DNA of 64,000 nt from Candidatus Hermodarchaeota archaeon (GCA_048885925.1 JBHLLG010000012.1:1-64000); one strand, 5' to 3'. Shown: positions 40,438 through 50,815, numbered from the stretch's first letter. Notes: generated by a model from the sequence alone, not told the origin. Translations and numbers: made by a program.

Positions 40438-40544
40438 GGGCTATTGGCGCAGGCAGGTAGCGCAGCAGGCTTTTAACCTGACATTTAAGGGAGAATCTGC
40501 CTTAAAAAGAAAGGTCGGGGGTTCAAATCCCCTATAGCCCGCCA
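40438..40544 (+). tRNA. trnK: tRNA-Lys(TTT) with a 30-nt intron at the anticodon-stem/variable-loop junction (best fit 44/45, about 40483-40512); CCA encoded
   Basis: GGGCTAT/ATAGCCC-G-CCA; GCAGG-CTTTTAA-CCTG; insert hairpin TTTAAGG/CCTTAAA; exact junction ambiguous by 1-2 nt. Confidence 0.85.
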
Positions 40545-40660
40545 TTTTTTATACTCATAAATAAGGTTTCAAAATTAAAACCGAGCATCTCTTTTAAGAA
40601 AAGTTTATGAGATCTCTATATTTATTAATTACATAAAAACCCTCCTTATTATTATATAGT

Positions 40661-41665
40661 ATGGAAAATTTAAAATTAAGGCTACCTTCTGATGAGCCTG
40701 AGCAATTATTAGTAAAGTCTCAAGAAACTTCGGACCCAAATTATGGTTGTGAGCCTGAGAAAAGAAATATTGAATCCCTTTTGAAATATGGAGTAATAAA
40801 TTTGGATAAACCAAGTGGTCCGACTAGTCATGAAGTAGTATCATGGGTTCGTAAAATTTTAGGAATTCCTAATGCAGGTCATGGTGGAACTCTTGATCCA
40901 AAAGTGACTGGTGTTTTACCATGTGCTCTTGGAAACGCTACAAGGGCATTATCGGCATTATTAAGTGCTGGTAAAGAATATATAGGAGTAATGTATTTAC
41001 ACACACCAGAAACGCAAAAAAGAATCAAAAAAATATTCAAATTATTCACTGGAAAGATTTATCAAAGACCTCCAATGAAATCATCAGTTGTAAGAAAATT
41101 ACGAATAAGAGAGATTTATTATAATGATGTTATTGAAATTGATAAGAATCATGTTTTATTTCAAATTGGATGTGAAGCAGGTACGTATATTAGAAAATTA
41201 TGTTTTGATTTAGGTGAAGCTCTCTGCTCTGGTGCACACATGCTTGAGCTTAGAAGAACTAGAGTTGGTAACTTTAAAGAAAAAGATAATTTAATATCAC
41301 TTCAAGATTTAAAAGATGCTTTTACAATTTATCAAATGGAAGGAAATGAAATATATCTGAAAAGGATTATCTTCCCGATGGAGAAAATGGTAACTCATTT
41401 ACCAAAAATTTATGTAAGAGACACAGCAGTAGATGCCCTATGTCATGGGGCAGATTTAGCTTCTGCAGGTATATGTTATATCGATGCTAGAGTAAAAACA
41501 AATAAATTAATAGCGCTAATGACTTTGAAAAAAGAATTAATTGGATTTGGTACAGCTTTAAAAGATGCAATGCAAATCTACAAAGCAAAATCGGGAATAT
41601 TAGTAAAAATTAATAAAGTATTTATGGAGAGAGGGATTTATCCACGTTGGAATGAAAAAAAGTAA
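40661..41665 (+). CDS. cbf5: H/ACA pseudouridine synthase Cbf5
   Basis: INLDKPSGPTSHEVV, GHGGTLDPKVTG, CEAGTYIR, C-terminal PUA, YPRW. Confidence 0.96.
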   Translation: MENLKLRLPSDEPEQLLVKSQETSDPNYGCEPEKRNIESLLKYGVINLDKPSGPTSHEVVSWVRKILGIPNAGHGGTLDPKVTGVLPCALGNATRALSALLSAGKEYIGVMYLHTPETQKRIKKIFKLFTGKIYQRPPMKSSVVRKLRIREIYYNDVIEIDKNHVLFQIGCEAGTYIRKLCFDLGEALCSGAHMLELRRTRVGNFKEKDNLISLQDLKDAFTIYQMEGNEIYLKRIIFPMEKMVTHLPKIYVRDTAVDALCHGADLASAGICYIDARVKTNKLIALMTLKKELIGFGTALKDAMQIYKAKSGILVKINKVFMERGIYPRWNEKK

Positions 41666-41694
41666 GCATATTTTAATTAAACATTAAATTTGCT

Positions 41695-42324
41695 ATGAAA
41701 GATAATAGAGATCATTATTATAGCCAACTTCCTAACGCTAATGTCAAAATTCACACAATTTCAGAAAGTTTAAGAAGGCATCTTTATATTTTTAAAACTA
41801 TTACAGGTGTATTTTCATTTAATAAAATAGATTTAGGCACTAAAATTTTTATTGAGCATATGCATATTCCAAAAGAAGATAATCTTTTACTTGATTTAGG
41901 ATGTGGTTATGGTGCAATAGGAATCGTTTTAGGTTATGAATCACCTAATAGTTCTGTTTATCTTACAGATCTTAATAAACGAGCAATTTGGTGTGCTAAA
42001 GAAAATATTAAATTAAATTTACCAAATCAAAAAAAAAACATTATAGTTCTATCTGGAAGTTATTTTGAACCATTTGAAGGCAAAAATTTAAAATTTGATG
42101 GGATTTATATGAATCCTCCTATGCGGCAAGGGAGAAAAGAATTTTTACAGTTGTTAAATATTATTCCACTTTATTTAAGAAAAAAAGGGGCTTTTCAATT
42201 TGTAGTTAAGAAAAAGATGGGAGCCGCATATATTTTAAACTATTTTAAAAATACTTTTCCAGAGGAGTGTATTGAGATCTTATGCAAAAGAAGCGGTTAT
42301 TGGGTTTTTAAAGCATTTCATTAA
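41695..42324 (+). CDS. RsmC-like class I SAM-dependent methyltransferase
   Basis: HYYS, GVFS..KIDLGT, LDLGCGYG, NPP motif, GYWV. Confidence 0.88.
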   Translation: MKDNRDHYYSQLPNANVKIHTISESLRRHLYIFKTITGVFSFNKIDLGTKIFIEHMHIPKEDNLLLDLGCGYGAIGIVLGYESPNSSVYLTDLNKRAIWCAKENIKLNLPNQKKNIIVLSGSYFEPFEGKNLKFDGIYMNPPMRQGRKEFLQLLNIIPLYLRKKGAFQFVVKKKMGAAYILNYFKNTFPEECIEILCKRSGYWVFKAFH

Positions 42325-42437
42325 GAATTTCTAATTTGGATTCTCTTTTGTTGAATAAAAATGGGGAAAAAATGAAAAAATTTTTTAGAAAAGTATCATT
42401 TCTTAATTTATAATTTCTAAGAAAAGAGGATTTTTCC

Positions 42438-42695
42438 TTGACTAAGAAGAAACGTATTGACGTTTTACTCCATAAATTTGTTCCTAAGCACATTCTGTTA
42501 ACAAAAGAAGAATCACAAGATCTTTTGTCAAAATATAAGATTGATATTAACGATTTACCTCAAATGTTTGACAAAGATCCAGTTGCTATAGCAATCGGCG
42601 CAAAAGAGGGTGATATTATCAAAATCGTTCGAGATTCCCATACAACAGTTAAAACTATAGATTACTATCGCTATATAAAAAAGGAAAAAGTTTAA
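42438..42695 (+). CDS. rpoH: RNA polymerase subunit Rpo5 (H)
   Basis: HKFVPKHILL, LPQM...DPVA..IGAKEGDIIKIVR, YYRY. Confidence 0.96.
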   Translation: MTKKKRIDVLLHKFVPKHILLTKEESQDLLSKYKIDINDLPQMFDKDPVAIAIGAKEGDIIKIVRDSHTTVKTIDYYRYIKKEKV

Positions 42696-42740
42696 TATCA
42701 AATTATAGAAAAAATAGAATTTAATATGGTTTAATAAATT

Positions 42741-45700
42741 TTGAGTCTTGAAACATTATCAAATGAAGATAAATGGATAATTTTAAAAAGTCTTTTTGAT
42801 GAAAAAGGTTTAGTTCGCCAGCATTTAGATTCATATAATAATTTCATTGAATATGAAATGCAGGCAATCGTAGATGAATCTGGTGAAGTAATCCCTGACA
42901 TCCCAGGTTTTAAGATAAAATTTGGAAAAATCAAAGTGGGAGTACCGAAAGTAAGAGAAGCTGATGGTGCTACTATGGAGATTACTCCAATAGAAGCTCG
43001 GATAAGGGAACTGAGTTATGCGGCTGATATTGCTTTAGAAATGACGCCAATTACGATTGATGAGCGAACTCAAAGGGAAGAAGCAGAAGAGACATTAGAT
43101 ATTTATATTGGAAAAATACCTATTATGCTCAAGAGTTGTCGATGTCCTTTAGAAAGTTTGTCTGAGCAAGAATTAATTAATAGAGGTGAAGACTTTTTAG
43201 ATCCAGGAGGATATTTCATAATTAATGGAACTGAACGAGTTCTTGTAACTCAGGAAGATTTAGCTCCCAATAGGATCCTAGCGGAAGAATCAAGTAGAAG
43301 CTCTAGTGCAACTCATCAAGCTAAAGTGTTTTCAACAAGAAGTGGATTCCGTGCTCCTGTAACCATTGAAAGGAAAAAAGACGGCAATTTAAGGGTTTCA
43401 TTTCCTTCTGTTCCTGGTAAAATTCCTTTAGCAATTCTTATGAGAGCTTTAGGTTTACATTCTGATAGAGAGATTTTTGAAGCAATATCTGAAAATGATG
43501 AGATACAAAAAGAATTAATCCCAGTAATAGATGTTGCTTCTGAAATTCAAGTATTAAAAGATCCTGAAAAATCTCAACAAAATGCACTTGATTACATTGG
43601 TAAAAGGGTAGCAATAGGACAGACAAAAGATTATCGTATTAGAAGAGCACTTCAAGTTTTAGATAGATATCTTTTACCCCATATAGGAAATGCGGAAGAA
43701 GATAGAATTAAAAAAGCCTACTATCTAGGACAAATGGCACAAAAAGTTATGGAGCTTGCTTTAGGATTAAGAGAACCAGATGATAAAGATCACTATGCAA
43801 ATAAAAGGTTAAAATTAGCAGGTGAATTATTTACTTCTTTGTTTAGAGTAGCTTTTCTTAATCTTGTTAAGGATATTAAGTATCAGTTAGAACGAACCGC
43901 AGTTCGCGGAAGAGCGCCGAACATTAAAACTGCTGTAAGAGCAGACGTAATTACAGAAAGAATTAGACATGCATTAGCAACAGGCAATTGGGTTGGTGGT
44001 AAAGCAGGTGTCAGTCAACTTTTAAACAGAACTAATCATGTTGGTACTTTAAGCCATTTAAGAAGAGTTATATCCCCTCTCAGTCGAAGTCAACCACATT
44101 TTGAAGCTAGAGATTTGCATCCGACTCAATGGGGAAAAATTTGTCCTGCAGAAACTCCAGAAGGTCCAAATTGTGGACTTGTTAAGAATCTTGGGCTAGC
44201 TTCAATAATTTCTGTAGGCACTGATGAAAAAATTGTTGAAAATATTTTAATTGATTTGGGAGTAATACCTATAAATGAGGTTAAAAACGTTAAAGGAGAT
44301 AAAGTAAAAGTATTTTTAAATGGTAAATTAATAGGTATACATCAGCAATATAATCCATTTATTCGCCAACTTAGAGAGAAAAGAAGAAAAGGTGAAATTG
44401 GACAACATGTTAATCTTGGATATTATCATGATTCTAAAGAAATCCAAATAAATTGCGATGAAGGAAGGGCAACACGACCTCTATTTGTATTAAAAAACAA
44501 GAAATTATTAATAACTAAAGAAGATATCGAAAAATTAAGACATGGCAAATTTAATTGGTCAGATTTAGTTCAAAAAGGAGTTATTGAATATTTAGACGCT
44601 GAAGAGGAAGAAAATGCGTATATTGCTATGTTTGAAGAAGATATAACAGCAGAACATACACATTTAGAAATATCACCTGCAGCTATTCTTGGAATATGTG
44701 CTTCTATTATTCCATTTCCAGAACATAACCAATCTCCTAGAAATACATATGAAGCTGGGATGGTAAAACAAGCTTTGGGTTTGTTTGCAGCAAATATGCA
44801 TCTGAGATTAGATACAAGAGGACATACTTTACATTATCCTCAGCAACCATTGGTAAAAACAAGTCCAATGGAAATCATCGGAATAAATAAAAGACCGGCC
44901 GGGCAAAATTTTATCATAGCAATGATGAGTTTTGAAGGATTCAATATAGAAGATGCAATTATCATTAATAAAGCATCAATCGAGAGAGGGCTTGCACGTA
45001 GTCATTTTTTTAGAACATACGATGCTGAAGAAAGGAAATATCCTGGAGGAGAGGTCGATAAGTTTGAGATTCCAGAGAGAGGTGTTAGGGGTTTTAAATC
45101 TGCTGAATCATATAGATTATTATCTGAAGTGGATGGAATAATAGAGCCAGAAACTCAAGTTAATGGGGGAGATGTACTTATAGGTCGAACATCTCCGCCT
45201 CGATTTATTAAATCATATGAAGAATTTGAACTTATGCAACCCAATAGGCGTGAAACTTCAAAAAATATGAGGCATAATGAACAAGGAATTGTTGATACAG
45301 TTATTATTTCAGAAACTGTTGATGGAAATAAATTAGTAAAAATAAAAGTTCGAGATTTAAGAATTCCAGAATTGGGAGATAAATTTTCATCTCGACATGG
45401 TCAAAAGGGAGTATTAGGATTGGTGGTTGATCAAGCAGATATGCCATATACAGCATCTGGAGTAATTCCGGATATTATTGTTAATCCTCATGCAATGCCA
45501 TCAAGAATGACTTTAGGACAACTTTTCGAAGGGATCAGTGGAAAAATCGCATGTTCTACAGGAAAATTAGGAGATGCCACTGCTTTTGAGTGGACAGACA
45601 TTACTAGACTTCAGGAGCAACTGGTAGAATCGGGATTTGAATTCAATGGAAGAGAAGTTATGTATAATGGAATTACTGGGGAAAAATATGAAGCAGGAAT

Positions 45701-46112
45701 TTATTGTGCCCCCATCTACTACCAAAAATTATATCACTTGGTTGCAGATAAACTTCATGCAAGAGCAAGGGGACCAGTTCAGATTTTAACGAGACAACCG
45801 ACTGAAGGTCGGGCTCGTGAAGGAGGTTTAAGATTTGGAGAAATGGAGAGAGATTGTTTAGTAGGTCACGGTTCAGCGCTTTTATTAAAAGAAAGATTAT
45901 TAGATGAGTCTGATAGAACTGTTATATTAGTATGTGAAAAATGTGGTCTTTTAGCTGTTTATGATCGAAATCGAGATAAGCGATATTGCCCTGTATGTGG
46001 TGAAGGAACTATTATTTCAAAGGTTGTTTGTTCTTACGCGTTTAAATTGCTATTACAAGAAATGATGAGTTTAGGTTTAGCTCCCCGATTAAAATTAAAA
46101 GAAAAAATTTGA
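42741..46112 (+). CDS. rpoB: RNA polymerase subunit Rpo2 (B), unsplit
   Basis: DPGGYFIINGTE, ETPEGPNCGLVKN, GDKFSSRHGQKG, RQPTEGRAREGGLRFGEMERD, C-terminal Zn ribbon. Confidence 0.98.
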   Translation: MSLETLSNEDKWIILKSLFDEKGLVRQHLDSYNNFIEYEMQAIVDESGEVIPDIPGFKIKFGKIKVGVPKVREADGATMEITPIEARIRELSYAADIALEMTPITIDERTQREEAEETLDIYIGKIPIMLKSCRCPLESLSEQELINRGEDFLDPGGYFIINGTERVLVTQEDLAPNRILAEESSRSSSATHQAKVFSTRSGFRAPVTIERKKDGNLRVSFPSVPGKIPLAILMRALGLHSDREIFEAISENDEIQKELIPVIDVASEIQVLKDPEKSQQNALDYIGKRVAIGQTKDYRIRRALQVLDRYLLPHIGNAEEDRIKKAYYLGQMAQKVMELALGLREPDDKDHYANKRLKLAGELFTSLFRVAFLNLVKDIKYQLERTAVRGRAPNIKTAVRADVITERIRHALATGNWVGGKAGVSQLLNRTNHVGTLSHLRRVISPLSRSQPHFEARDLHPTQWGKICPAETPEGPNCGLVKNLGLASIISVGTDEKIVENILIDLGVIPINEVKNVKGDKVKVFLNGKLIGIHQQYNPFIRQLREKRRKGEIGQHVNLGYYHDSKEIQINCDEGRATRPLFVLKNKKLLITKEDIEKLRHGKFNWSDLVQKGVIEYLDAEEEENAYIAMFEEDITAEHTHLEISPAAILGICASIIPFPEHNQSPRNTYEAGMVKQALGLFAANMHLRLDTRGHTLHYPQQPLVKTSPMEIIGINKRPAGQNFIIAMMSFEGFNIEDAIIINKASIERGLARSHFFRTYDAEERKYPGGEVDKFEIPERGVRGFKSAESYRLLSEVDGIIEPETQVNGGDVLIGRTSPPRFIKSYEEFELMQPNRRETSKNMRHNEQGIVDTVIISETVDGNKLVKIKVRDLRIPELGDKFSSRHGQKGVLGLVVDQADMPYTASGVIPDIIVNPHAMPSRMTLGQLFEGISGKIACSTGKLGDATAFEWTDITRLQEQLVESGFEFNGREVMYNGITGEKYEAGIYCAPIYYQKLYHLVADKLHARARGPVQILTRQPTEGRAREGGLRFGEMERDCLVGHGSALLLKERLLDESDRTVILVCEKCGLLAVYDRNRDKRYCPVCGEGTIISKVVCSYAFKLLLQEMMSLGLAPRLKLKEKI

Positions 46113-46127
46113 AGCTTAAAATCCAAT

Positions 46128-46152
46128 CTTTTTTAACTTTTTTAAATTCTTA
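46128..46152 (+). terminator. Oligo-T terminator candidate after rpoB
   Basis: CTTTTTTAACTTTTTTAA directly after the stop, before a convergent gene. Confidence 0.4.
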
Positions 46153-46244
46153 TCTACTAGATTATTTTTTTATAATTCTCTGATTATCTCAAAATCCAAT
46201 ATCTAATAAATGGTAATAAAAAAAAGAAGATTAATTTTTATTAA

Positions 46245-46661
46245 TTATAATGTGAATCCAAGAAAAGACGCGAGTCCAGGTATTAGAGTGTATAGAAGGA
46301 ATAAAATAAACAAAGTCAATAAAGATATCCATACAGAATTATCCCAAGCAACATCTAATAAAAATTTAACTAGAATCAGTATTATAAGAAACCCAATTAT
46401 TGGAACTAAAAGCATTAAATAATTACCGTCACTCCAAGGAATTTCGCTAAAGATTCCAAGAACGGTACTTACTGCGCCTAATACTATTGGAATTACAAGA
46501 ACACATATGAATGCTAACAAAATAATTAAAAATTTTTTATCTGAAGCTTTAGTTTTCGAAACAATAAGTAAAACAGAAATAAAGAGAATCAAAGCTACAA
46601 TTATTGTTGCTAGAATAAGCCATAGTATAAACCATAGGGTATCATTCATTTGAAATAACAT
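46245..46661 (-). CDS. Integral membrane protein (about 4 TM)
   Basis: 138 aa, almost entirely hydrophobic helices; AGGG upstream. Confidence 0.7.
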   Translation of the reverse strand: MLFQMNDTLWFILWLILATIIVALILFISVLLIVSKTKASDKKFLIILLAFICVLVIPIVLGAVSTVLGIFSEIPWSDGNYLMLLVPIIGFLIILILVKFLLDVAWDNSVWISLLTLFILFLLYTLIPGLASFLGFTL

Positions 46662-46840
46662 TATCTTTTCCCTTTTTTTTATTATAAAATTGAAGAACTT
46701 TTAGTTATTACATGAAAACTTTTCTTCTTTTTTAAAGATTAACAATATAAATTATGAAGTGGGTTAGATTGAGAATTGTCTCTTGAGATCTTTCAAATTA
46801 AAAAAATTCAATTTTTAATGCTTTATTTTAAATATTTAAA

Positions 46841-47041
46841 TTATAATCCCCAGGAAAGTAATAAGAAATGAAAAGCAAATCCTAGAAATATTGATGTAAT
46901 TACAATACTAATTACTGAGAGTCGAACAGATACCTCTCTTCCAAATTTAGTGTATAATACTAAAACTATTAATGAAATTAATCCTATAACAAGAAAAATC
47001 CATGCTAAAATCCATATAGATAAAGATGGGATACCTGCCAT
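46841..47041 (-). CDS. Two-TM protein, OST5/TMEM258-like oligosaccharyltransferase subunit
   Basis: LAWIFLVIGL...Y...SIFLGFAFHFLLLSWGL resembles the TMEM258 pattern L..IG...Y...S.FMGFG..FLLL..G. Confidence 0.6.
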   Translation of the reverse strand: MAGIPSLSIWILAWIFLVIGLISLIVLVLYTKFGREVSVRLSVISIVITSIFLGFAFHFLLLSWGL

Positions 47042-47193
47042 ATGTAATAAAATTTAATTTTGTTATCTCTATTATTTGATATATTTTATTTTTTTTTAAC
47101 TTTATGAATGAATAAAATTTTTAATGATTCTCTTGTGATATTTAATAAATAGAACTAAAAATATCTTCAAATTAATTTAATAGAGAAAAAATT

Positions 47194-47976
47194 ATGCACT
47201 TTCTAAAAAAAATTATTGATTCTCCGATTCTGGATGACCCTGCTGAAAATTATAAGGGAGTTCATCGCCATTTCTATAGGTATTCAAGAGGTGATTTTAT
47301 AGGGCCGGCAATGAAAATCTCGCAAACCAAATCGAAATTAACATTAAAAGGTAGCCATGAATATGAGGATTTGATTCTAGAATTAGTAGTTAGTACAATT
47401 TCTGATCCTAATACAACTTTTGAAATTAAGGGAAGTTTGATAACAGGGTTTGATATTAGTGAAAGCCTTAATAAATTAGGTTTTAATTGGGATCTCAAAA
47501 AATCAACAGGCAAAACAATAAATTTTAAAGCTGAGATAATCGATAAAATAAATCGAGATAGATTATTGAAAAGTCTTGATACTTTTAGAGAAAATTGTTA
47601 TTATTTATTATCTTTCAATTTAAATCCGACGTGCAAAGTATCAACCAAAAAAAACATTCCTCAACCATCAAAAAAAAAAGTAGATGAAGATGATGTAAAT
47701 CAAAGACTCCAATTTTGCACAGGTTATCTTAGTAATACTGAAAAAAATCTTAATATGGTGTTGGAGAATATTGTGCCCGATTTTAAAACTGAACTCCCAA
47801 AAAGTTGGAAATCAATCGTTATCTTAAATAACTACAAAATAACTGATATTATTTTACCTAAAAAAGTCACAGATTCAAGATTATTGAGAATAAAGGCAAT
47901 TAGAAAAGGTAAATTATTTAGAACTATTGAGGTAAACAGTGAAATTATAGAAAAACAATATTCTATAGTTGTTTAG
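47194..47976 (+). CDS. Conserved hypothetical archaeal protein
   Basis: 260 aa; VHRHFYRYSRGDF and KAIRKGKLFR motifs; upstream of tfe. Confidence 0.7.
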   Translation: MHFLKKIIDSPILDDPAENYKGVHRHFYRYSRGDFIGPAMKISQTKSKLTLKGSHEYEDLILELVVSTISDPNTTFEIKGSLITGFDISESLNKLGFNWDLKKSTGKTINFKAEIIDKINRDRLLKSLDTFRENCYYLLSFNLNPTCKVSTKKNIPQPSKKKVDEDDVNQRLQFCTGYLSNTEKNLNMVLENIVPDFKTELPKSWKSIVILNNYKITDIILPKKVTDSRLLRIKAIRKGKLFRTIEVNSEIIEKQYSIVV

Positions 47977-48066
47977 TATTTGCAATTAATTTTATTTCAA
48001 TGAATTTTCAAAAAAATTTAATTTTTATAAAAGATAATTATAGATCAACTTAACATTAAATACTAC

Positions 48067-48657
48067 ATGAGGCTAAGTCATATTAAAGAATTAAATCAAT
48101 ACTTACGGTCTTTTTTATATATTATTGGTGGTGATGTTGCAATCTATGTTGGCGAGGAACTTTTAAATTCTGAATCTGAGGATATAACTGATGAGGATAT
48201 AACTGAAAATGTAAAAGATCGTATTGCTGGTACTGATATTGACTTCGAACCAGACGATTCTGAGACCTTGAAATTAAATACTGTTCGAAAAACATTGTAT
48301 AAACTTTATTCTGAAAAATTAGCTCAGTTTAGACGTATAAGAGATAAATCAACTGGATGGTTTATTTATTATTGGTGGCATGAATTTGATTTACTTGAAG
48401 AAATTATTATTGAAAAAAAAAAACTAACAGACACTAAGTTGAGAGATCGATTACAATTTGAAGAAAATAATTATTTTTTTATATGCAAAAATTGTAAAGA
48501 TTCCAATATTAAATATAATTTCGAAGAAGCCTTCGAGCTAAATTTTAGATGCCCAGAATGTGGAGGACCACTTGAAGCGCAGGATAACCAAGCGATTATT
48601 GAATTTTTAAAAAATAAAATCGTATTGAATCAAAAAATTAAGATTTTAATCAATTAA
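48067..48657 (+). CDS. tfe: Transcription factor E alpha
   Basis: TDEDI, LNTVRKTLYKL, RIRDKSTGWFIYYW, CKNC...FEEAFELNFRCPECG. Confidence 0.93.
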   Translation: MRLSHIKELNQYLRSFLYIIGGDVAIYVGEELLNSESEDITDEDITENVKDRIAGTDIDFEPDDSETLKLNTVRKTLYKLYSEKLAQFRRIRDKSTGWFIYYWWHEFDLLEEIIIEKKKLTDTKLRDRLQFEENNYFFICKNCKDSNIKYNFEEAFELNFRCPECGGPLEAQDNQAIIEFLKNKIVLNQKIKILIN

Positions 48658-48745
48658 GAAAAAATTCAATACTAATAGACTCTACATTAAAAAAACAATT
48701 TTTTCTATTAATATACCATAAATATTTATTGACTAAAGATTTTTC

Positions 48746-50806
48746 ATGATTGAAAATAAAAATCCTTTGAAAATTCGATTTGGCACATGTACTAAAGATT
48801 GCTACGGTTCCTGCGTATTTAAAGGAATTTGGAATGATTTAGCTCCCGAATATAAATTTTTATCGGCTAATCCATTAAAAAATCATCCATTTACAAAAGG
48901 CTTTTTCTGTCAAAAACTTCAACATAGAGAAAATCTACTATATCATAAAGATCGATTAAAAGATCCATTAATTAGAAGTGGACCTAAATCTGAAAACAGT
49001 TTCAAATCAATTACCTATGACCGTGTATTTGAAATACTATCTAAAAAAGTAATAGATATTATCGAGAAAGATAACACAATATCTATCTTAGGAGCATTCT
49101 ATTCTGGAAATATTGGTTTGATCTCGATGTATGCCCCATTAAGATTCTTTGGAAAAATAGGTGCTACAATTACTAGTGGAGGAATCTGTAATGAAGGTGG
49201 ATGTGCTGGACTTAAAAAACTTTTCGGTACATACTCCACTACAAATCCGTTTCAATTAATAAATCCTTCTACAAATCTAATAGTTATCTGGGGTACTAAT
49301 CTTTCGGAGAGTAATATTCATGCTTATTATCTAGTAAAATGTGCAATAAGAAATGGTACAAAAATTGTAGTAGTGGATTCACGACGTACGAAAATAGCGG
49401 AAAAAGCGCATTGTTTTTTACAAATTTTTCCTGGTACGGAGCATTTATTAGTCAAAGTAATAATCAATGAACTAATTGTTAGTAAATACCAAGATGAAGA
49501 ATTTTTAAGGGATAATGTGGATCTTTATTCGTCAATTTTTAATGAATCGGTCGGGGTTGAGAAGGAAAGCCTTTTAGAAGAAATAGGAATTAATGAACAA
49601 ACCTTTCAAAAATTTGTTGAATTATTAAAGAAATTCAAACATCATACTATCTTCAGTATTGGGTATGGTGTCCAGAAGGATTTTTATGGCGGAAGAATAG
49701 TAAGAAGTATTGCTCTAATACAGATTTTACTCGGGAATATAGGAAAATCTGGTACTGGCGTGATTTACTCTCAAAGTGATTTTTTAAGACCTATGATTCA
49801 ACCGATTAAGGAATATATTACTCAAATTAAGTCCAATCTTAAGATTAAAGAAATTCCTATAATAAAACTTGGTTCTGAGTTATCAACTGGAAATTATCAA
49901 ATATTATTCATTTATAACTTCAATCCTGCAAGTTCTCTGCCCAATCAAAAAAAATTAAGAAGTGCTTTATTGAATAAGGATATATATATAATAGTATTAG
50001 ATATGTTTTTAAATGATACAACTAAATATGCTGATATTGTAATTCCAGCAAAATTTGATTTGGAATCGCATGATTTAATATCTCCATTTTATATACCTAG
50101 TTTATCAATAAATATCGGGGGTCCTTGTCCGTATCAAAACTGTATGTCTAATTATGAATTTTTCCAACATTTAGCATGGGCAATAGGATATAATAATTCT
50201 CAGATTTTTCAAGAATCAGAAAAAGAAATTTTAGATAAGTGTATAAAGATGTTACCATCGTACATTCAAAAACAAATTAATTCTCAAGGTTATTATTTAT
50301 TATTTGATTATAATTCTATACCATTTAGTAATTTAAAATTTCCTACTCCCAATAGTCGAATTCAAGCTGTTGGACCTCATTTCAAGTTCGGAAAAATGGA
50401 ATTGAAACAAAAATTAAATAGAAAAGAAAATGAATTTTTGCTAATTTCTCCCTCACACTTTTACTTTTTGCATTCTCAATTAGGATATTTAAATTCTAAA
50501 TACAGAGATGTATTTAGTAAAATTTTTTTGAGAATGGAAGACATTAAGAGATTAGATTTAGTATTGGATAGTCAAGTACTTGTTTCTAATGAGTATAGTT
50601 CTGAAATTTATACTTTAGCCGAATCTTCAATCTTAAAACCTGGGACTGCATTAATCTATTCAGGTTTAGCTTCAAACTTAATAGGAACTCCAAATGTGAA
50701 TTATTTTACACCTAATGAACCTGAAGAATTAGGATTATCAGGAGCGTATAATTCCACTTTAGTTAAAATTATAAAAATAGACTCTAAAAGAGGCATCAAA
50801 TCATAA
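48746..50806 (+). CDS. Molybdopterin-dependent oxidoreductase (DMSO-reductase family)
   Basis: CTKDCYGSC...GFFCQK Fe-S motif, DRLKDPL, IVIWGTN, FNPASS, DMFLNDTTKYADIVIPA. Confidence 0.88.
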   Translation: MIENKNPLKIRFGTCTKDCYGSCVFKGIWNDLAPEYKFLSANPLKNHPFTKGFFCQKLQHRENLLYHKDRLKDPLIRSGPKSENSFKSITYDRVFEILSKKVIDIIEKDNTISILGAFYSGNIGLISMYAPLRFFGKIGATITSGGICNEGGCAGLKKLFGTYSTTNPFQLINPSTNLIVIWGTNLSESNIHAYYLVKCAIRNGTKIVVVDSRRTKIAEKAHCFLQIFPGTEHLLVKVIINELIVSKYQDEEFLRDNVDLYSSIFNESVGVEKESLLEEIGINEQTFQKFVELLKKFKHHTIFSIGYGVQKDFYGGRIVRSIALIQILLGNIGKSGTGVIYSQSDFLRPMIQPIKEYITQIKSNLKIKEIPIIKLGSELSTGNYQILFIYNFNPASSLPNQKKLRSALLNKDIYIIVLDMFLNDTTKYADIVIPAKFDLESHDLISPFYIPSLSINIGGPCPYQNCMSNYEFFQHLAWAIGYNNSQIFQESEKEILDKCIKMLPSYIQKQINSQGYYLLFDYNSIPFSNLKFPTPNSRIQAVGPHFKFGKMELKQKLNRKENEFLLISPSHFYFLHSQLGYLNSKYRDVFSKIFLRMEDIKRLDLVLDSQVLVSNEYSSEIYTLAESSILKPGTALIYSGLASNLIGTPNVNYFTPNEPEELGLSGAYNSTLVKIIKIDSKRGIKS

Positions 50807-50815
50807 TAGATAGTT

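Noticed and set aside
40661-41665. BHB intron in cbf5, as in crenarchaea
   Set aside because: The reading frame is continuous through GHGGTLDP with no insert.
48178-48207. Direct repeat GAGGATATAACTGA, twice, in tfe
   Set aside because: In-frame EDIT-D-EDIT-E coding duplication with no hairpin or frame disruption.
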